Assembly: GCA_947589155.1 (NCBI GenBank)
Contig: CANQBH010000002.1
Coordinates: 56,077-120,076, forward strand
Source of the DNA: an uncultured Lachnospiraceae bacterium
Lineage (GTDB): Bacteria > Bacillota > Clostridia > Lachnospirales > Lachnospiraceae
DNA length: 64,000 nucleotides
Direction of reading: 5' to 3'
The notes beneath the pieces are model-generated. The model made no database searches, was not told the DNA's origin, and saw only the letters and a program-made list of their open reading frames with translations. Both the position numbers and the translations under genes were made by a program. The first letter of the stretch is position 1, and each line of letters opens with the position of its first letter. Positions 59,098 to 64,000 of the stretch are shown piece by piece.

Positions 59098-59490
59098 TTA
59101 CAGATCTTTCGGATCAACCACGATTCCGTCCTGCCAGATCTTTTCCAAATTATAGAACAGCCGGTCTTCCTTGGAAAAAAGATGGACGATCACATCGCCG
59201 TAATCCATCAGGATCCATGTGGAAGAACGGTTCCCTTCGATCTGTGCGGCGTGGATCCCGTTCTGATACATGATACGGTCCACTTCGTCCTGCATGGCCA
59301 AAAGATGGTTCTGGTTATTTCCGTGCGAAACGATAAAATAATCCGCGATCAGGGAGACGTTATGGATATCAATGACGCGCACGTCTTCCGCTTTCTTTTC
59401 TTCCAGCGCGTGGCAGATCATTTTGACCGTCTCTCTTATCCCGTTTTCCGTTTGGTTTTGGATTTCTTCCCTGATTCCTTCCGTGTTCAT
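59098..59490 (-). CDS. rsfS: Ribosome silencing factor
   Basis: EKKAEDV.VIDI, WILMDYGDVIVHLF, FYNLEKIW. Confidence 0.94.
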   Translation of the reverse strand: MNTEGIREEIQNQTENGIRETVKMICHALEEKKAEDVRVIDIHNVSLIADYFIVSHGNNQNHLLAMQDEVDRIMYQNGIHAAQIEGNRSSTWILMDYGDVIVHLFSKEDRLFYNLEKIWQDGIVVDPKDL

Positions 59491-59510
59491 ATCTTCCTCG
59501 CTTTCCGATA

Positions 59511-60758
59511 TTATGAGTTGATGATTGCCTGATAAAACTGATACGTCTCTTTTGTCTGCGGATCGATCTGCGACCGTTTAGCGCCGTCCAGATATTGCAG
59601 CGTGTCCTCAAGAATCATGAAGACGCAGCGGTCCAGATCGCGGTAAGCCATCGACCGGATCTCGTCTAAGCGTTTCGCCTTATCCCTTCCCGGTTCGATA
59701 TAATCCGCCACAAAAAGGATCTTGTCCAAGAGCGACATGTCTTTTTCGCCGGTCGTATGGACGGCGATGGCGTGCAACAGCGAAACATCGCGGACTTTAT
59801 ACTTCTTTTCCGCAAGAAACGCGCCGACTTTTCCATGCAGTAAATGCGGCTCGCAGCGTTCAACATCGGAAACAAAGATCCCTTCTTCTTTGCATATCGC
59901 AAGCCTTTCCTCGTCCGAAAGACATTTCGCGCAGTCGTGGAGCAGCCCCGCCATCATCGCGTTTTTATAAGGGAAGCGGTAGGCGTAAGCCAGATTTCCC
60001 GCCGTGAGCATTACGCCGATCGTATGCGCATAGCGCTTCGCGTTCAATTCTTTCTTGATTTTTTTTGCGGTCTTTTCCAGCGTTTCCGCGGAAAAATCCT
60101 GCGCGTACAACTGATTCTCATAAATATAGTCCGCTACGGTCCGCGGCAGCGCCTGCTGCGCAAACGCGCGGTCGTACACCTTCCGCCGGATCTCGGAGGA
60201 AGAAAGTTCCACCGGAACCGAGTCGATCTCAAAAAAATCCTGTTGGAATTTTTCGCGGTAATAGCGGAGCATCTGCGCAAAGGCAAGGTCTTTCGCCTGT
60301 TCGGCCGCCCGCTCCCCCTGCGGCGTCAGATCCGTCCGCTCCTCGTGTTCGTCAAAGTTCCTGTGCGCCACAAGGATCTTTGCATAACGGCAGATGACCT
60401 CCGGTTTTGCCCAATGCTCGAACGCATAGAACGAATCTTCCCCTAAGATAAAATAAAATTCACAGTCCGCGCCGTATTCCCGATGGAGTTTTTCGAGCGT
60501 TTCCCACGAATAACAGATCTTTTTCTTTCGCAGTTCCATGTCCTTCGGGACAAAGCCGTCTTCGCCGGCGACCGCCAGTGAGACCATGGCGTACCGCTGT
60601 TCCGCCGTGATCCCTTCCACCTCTTTGTGCGGCGGATTTCCGGACAAAAGGAACCAGATCTCATCCAGACCAAACTGTGTTCTCGCCGCTGCTGCGATCT
60701 GAAGATGTCCGTTATGGACGGGATTAAACGTGCCGCCCAGAATACCGATCTTTTTCAC
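59511..60758 (-). CDS. nadD: NadD-YqeK fusion (nicotinate-nucleotide adenylyltransferase + HD Ap4A hydrolase)
   Basis: GGTFNPVHNGH and LSSSEIR, then RYAHT, LLHDCAK, HTTG, FVADYIE in one ORF. Confidence 0.9.
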   Translation of the reverse strand: MKKIGILGGTFNPVHNGHLQIAAAARTQFGLDEIWFLLSGNPPHKEVEGITAEQRYAMVSLAVAGEDGFVPKDMELRKKKICYSWETLEKLHREYGADCEFYFILGEDSFYAFEHWAKPEVICRYAKILVAHRNFDEHEERTDLTPQGERAAEQAKDLAFAQMLRYYREKFQQDFFEIDSVPVELSSSEIRRKVYDRAFAQQALPRTVADYIYENQLYAQDFSAETLEKTAKKIKKELNAKRYAHTIGVMLTAGNLAYAYRFPYKNAMMAGLLHDCAKCLSDEERLAICKEEGIFVSDVERCEPHLLHGKVGAFLAEKKYKVRDVSLLHAIAVHTTGEKDMSLLDKILFVADYIEPGRDKAKRLDEIRSMAYRDLDRCVFMILEDTLQYLDGAKRSQIDPQTKETYQFYQAIINS

Positions 60759-60777
60759 TCTGCTCTCCTGTCCTATC

Positions 60778-61065
60778 CTATTGCGGAAGCCGGATCTGCG
60801 GCTTCTTTGCTTCCCGATATAAAATGATCTTTTTCCCGATCACGCGGACGATCTGCGAGCGGGTGCGTTCCGCCAGCATCTCGGCAAGGACGCGCGGCTC
60901 GTCGGCGCAATTCTTTAACACGGAAACTTTGATCAGTTCGCGCTTTTCCAGCGCTTCGTCCACAGCCTGTACCACTTCCGGCGTCAGCGACGATTTCCCG
61001 ATATTAAACACCGGCTGCATCGTGCTTGCCAGACCGGAAAGGTAGGCGCGCTGTTTATTGTTCAT
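60778..61065 (-). CDS. yhbY: YhbY RNA-binding protein
   Basis: KQRAYL..LA, IGK, ELIKV.VL, IG..IILYR; start ATG 61065. Confidence 0.93.
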   Translation of the reverse strand: MNNKQRAYLSGLASTMQPVFNIGKSSLTPEVVQAVDEALEKRELIKVSVLKNCADEPRVLAEMLAERTRSQIVRVIGKKIILYREAKKPQIRLPQ

Positions 61066-61075
61066 ACTCTGCTCC

Positions 61076-62413
<1,338 letters not shown>

Positions 62414-62707
62414 TTATTCCGCTTTGCCTGCCACCGGATAAACGCTGGCCTGCTTTTTGCTGCGTCCTTTTCTTTCAAAACGCAGCACGCCGTCGACCAA
62501 AGCGAACAGGGTATCGTCGCCGCCGATGCCGACGTTGTGACCCGGATGGATCTTAGTGCCGCGCTGCCGATAAAGGATGTTTCCGGCTTTTACGAACTGA
62601 CCGTCCGCTCTTTTTGCGCCTAATCTCTTTGCCTCGGAGTCGCGTCCGTTCTTCGTGGAGCCGACGCCCTTTTTATGAGCAAAGAACTGAAGATTTAACT
62701 GTAACAT
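62414..62707 (-). CDS. rpmA: 50S ribosomal protein L27 with Prp-cleaved N-terminal extension
   Basis: [24 protein letters not shown]. Confidence 0.98.
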   Translation of the reverse strand: MLQLNLQFFAHKKGVGSTKNGRDSEAKRLGAKRADGQFVKAGNILYRQRGTKIHPGHNVGIGGDDTLFALVDGVLRFERKGRSKKQASVYPVAGKAE

Positions 62708-62709
62708 GT

Positions 62710-63069
62710 CTACACCTCCTCAAAACTTAGTGTAAGATACGAATTCCCGTATTGATTTTGGATCTCCGTCAGTCCCAGAACCATCGTCTGCATCAGCACT
62801 TCCGATTCATGGGACATCTCCTCCGTAAAACGGAAGGCGATCCGATTTTCCCGCGCCCGCTTTGAAAGGCCTTTCTTTTGCGCGCTCTCCGGCGCGTCCA
62901 GTTCAAACGCGTCTTCGGTAAACTGTTCGATCCCGTTGACGGTATTGATGGCCAGCACCGAAACGGCGGCGCAGACAATGTCCCTGCCGCTTTTGGCGTA
63001 TCCGGCATGTCCTTCCATTACAAAACCGCGGATCTGTTCCTTTTTCCGGTAAATCGTCACCTTAATCAT
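62710..63069 (-). CDS. prp: Ribosomal-processing cysteine protease Prp
   Basis: GHA...DIVCAAVS; lies between rplU and rpmA. Confidence 0.92.
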   Translation of the reverse strand: MIKVTIYRKKEQIRGFVMEGHAGYAKSGRDIVCAAVSVLAINTVNGIEQFTEDAFELDAPESAQKKGLSKRARENRIAFRFTEEMSHESEVLMQTMVLGLTEIQNQYGNSYLTLSFEEV

Positions 63070-63082
63070 ACTTTGTCAGGGA

Positions 63083-63391
63083 TCATCCGTTGATCTTTTT
63101 GATCTGTACCTGCGTATAAGCCTGTCTGTGGCCGTTTTTCTTGTGATATCCGGTCTTTCTCTTGTACTTGTACACGATGACCTTCTTGGCTCTTCCCTCT
63201 TTAATGACGGAAGCATCAACGGTCGCGCCTTCTACGGTAGGATTCCCTACTTTCAACTTTCCGTCGCTGATGGCGAGGACCTGATCGAACGTAACGTCCT
63301 GGCCGGCCTCAACACCAAGTTTTTCAATGGTAATGATATCGCCTTCAGAAACTTTGTACTGCTTACCGCCTGTTGCTATGATTGCGTACAT
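63083..63391 (-). CDS. rplU: 50S ribosomal protein L21
   Basis: [19 protein letters not shown]. Confidence 0.98.
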   Translation of the reverse strand: MYAIIATGGKQYKVSEGDIITIEKLGVEAGQDVTFDQVLAISDGKLKVGNPTVEGATVDASVIKEGRAKKVIVYKYKRKTGYHKKNGHRQAYTQVQIKKING

Positions 63392-63411
63392 ATGGCACCT
63401 CCTATTATCAT

Positions 63412-63490
63412 TACTCGCCAGTTACGGCGGCCTCCTGCGCCTTGTCGCGCCTATAAGGGAGACAACTTAAACCTCACTGTGCGGCATACC
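63412..63490 (-). ncRNA. Ribosomal protein L21 leader
   Basis: 5' UTR reading TATGCCGCAC...CTGGCGAGT; promoter TTGACG-17-TATTAT at 63524-63496. Confidence 0.7.
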
Positions 63491-63575
63491 TTGATATAAT
63501 AGCATATCGTTTTCGTGCCGTCAAGGAAAAACCGCGCTTGTTTTATCAAATAAAAAAATTATTTCCAAAAAGGTC

Positions 63576-63634
63576 TTGACATCCTTCCGTATCCGTATTA
63601 TATTTACTACGACAGACGTAGTACGACAGTCGTA
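63576..63634 (+). promoter_or_regulatory. sigA promoter plus tandem palindromic operators of the PadR-family gene
   Basis: TTGACA-17-TATATT; TACGACAGACGTA (63608-20) and TACGACAGTCGTA (63622-34). Confidence 0.7.
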
Positions 63635-63661
63635 TGTTTTGTGAGGAGGTGTGATCTCATC

Positions 63662-64000
63662 GTGAATACCATCACCAGCGACGTCATCCGGGGCTATCAT
63701 GATACGATGATCCTGTTCATTCTGACGTCCGGTCCTTCCTATGGTTATGAGATATCAAAACGCATACGGGAAGTCTCCGACGGGAAATATGTCATCAAAG
63801 AGACGACGCTCTATTCAGCGTTTGCCAGAATGGAAAAAAACGGCTATATCGAATCGTTCATTTCCACGCCGCAGGACAGCGGCAACAGCAAAAAGAGGAC
63901 GTATTACCACATCACGGAAGCAGGAAGACGCTATTATGAAGAAAAATGTCGGGAATGGATCCTGACCAAGGACGTCATCGAGCACTTTATCGGGAAAGGA
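63662..64000 (+). CDS. PadR-family transcriptional regulator, 3'-truncated (not in ORF track)
   Basis: GGAGGTG RBS, GTG start; SYGYEISK.I, TLY.A..RME..GYI, RTYY.ITE.G. Confidence 0.9.
   Translation, partial: MNTITSDVIRGYHDTMILFILTSGPSYGYEISKRIREVSDGKYVIKETTLYSAFARMEKNGYIESFISTPQDSGNSKKRTYYHITEAGRRYYEEKCREWILTKDVIEHFIGKG

Overview
64 kb of core chromosome from a spore-forming Clostridia-class firmicute (gene content and order suggest Lachnospiraceae; inference). From 1 to ~59.1 kb nearly all genes are on + (leuS 3' end, icd, ABC-F, rex, nnr, alr, mazF, yebC, glgA, tepA, uppP, ftsK, fhs, folD, rlmH, yqfCD-phoH-ybeY, mutSL-miaA, mreBCD-pbp-minCD-rodA, yggS-sepF-ylmH, aroB-lspA-rluD). From 59.1 to 63.4 kb the housekeeping genes are on - (rsfS, nadD-yqeK, yhbY, obgE, rpmA-prp-rplU), as expected at the replication terminus. 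At this switch lies a 356-aa XerS-like tyrosine recombinase. Its promoter is abutted by a 36-bp inverted-repeat site resembling the streptococcal difSL, making a candidate single-recombinase XerS/dif chromosome-dimer-resolution module (best finding). Nearby are lexA/yneA with several SOS boxes, a 3x ~38-bp repeat carrying GAGAAG, and an AT-richer GT-C-like membrane gene. Other points: a four-gene small sporulation cluster (including a 43-aa ORF missing from the ORF track), an orphan MazF, a PgpH-like protein lacking the HD motif, a truncated MinD with no minE or divIVA at their usual loci, apparently leaderless sporulation genes, and a NadD-YqeK fusion. No rRNA, tRNA, CRISPR, IS or prophage was seen.
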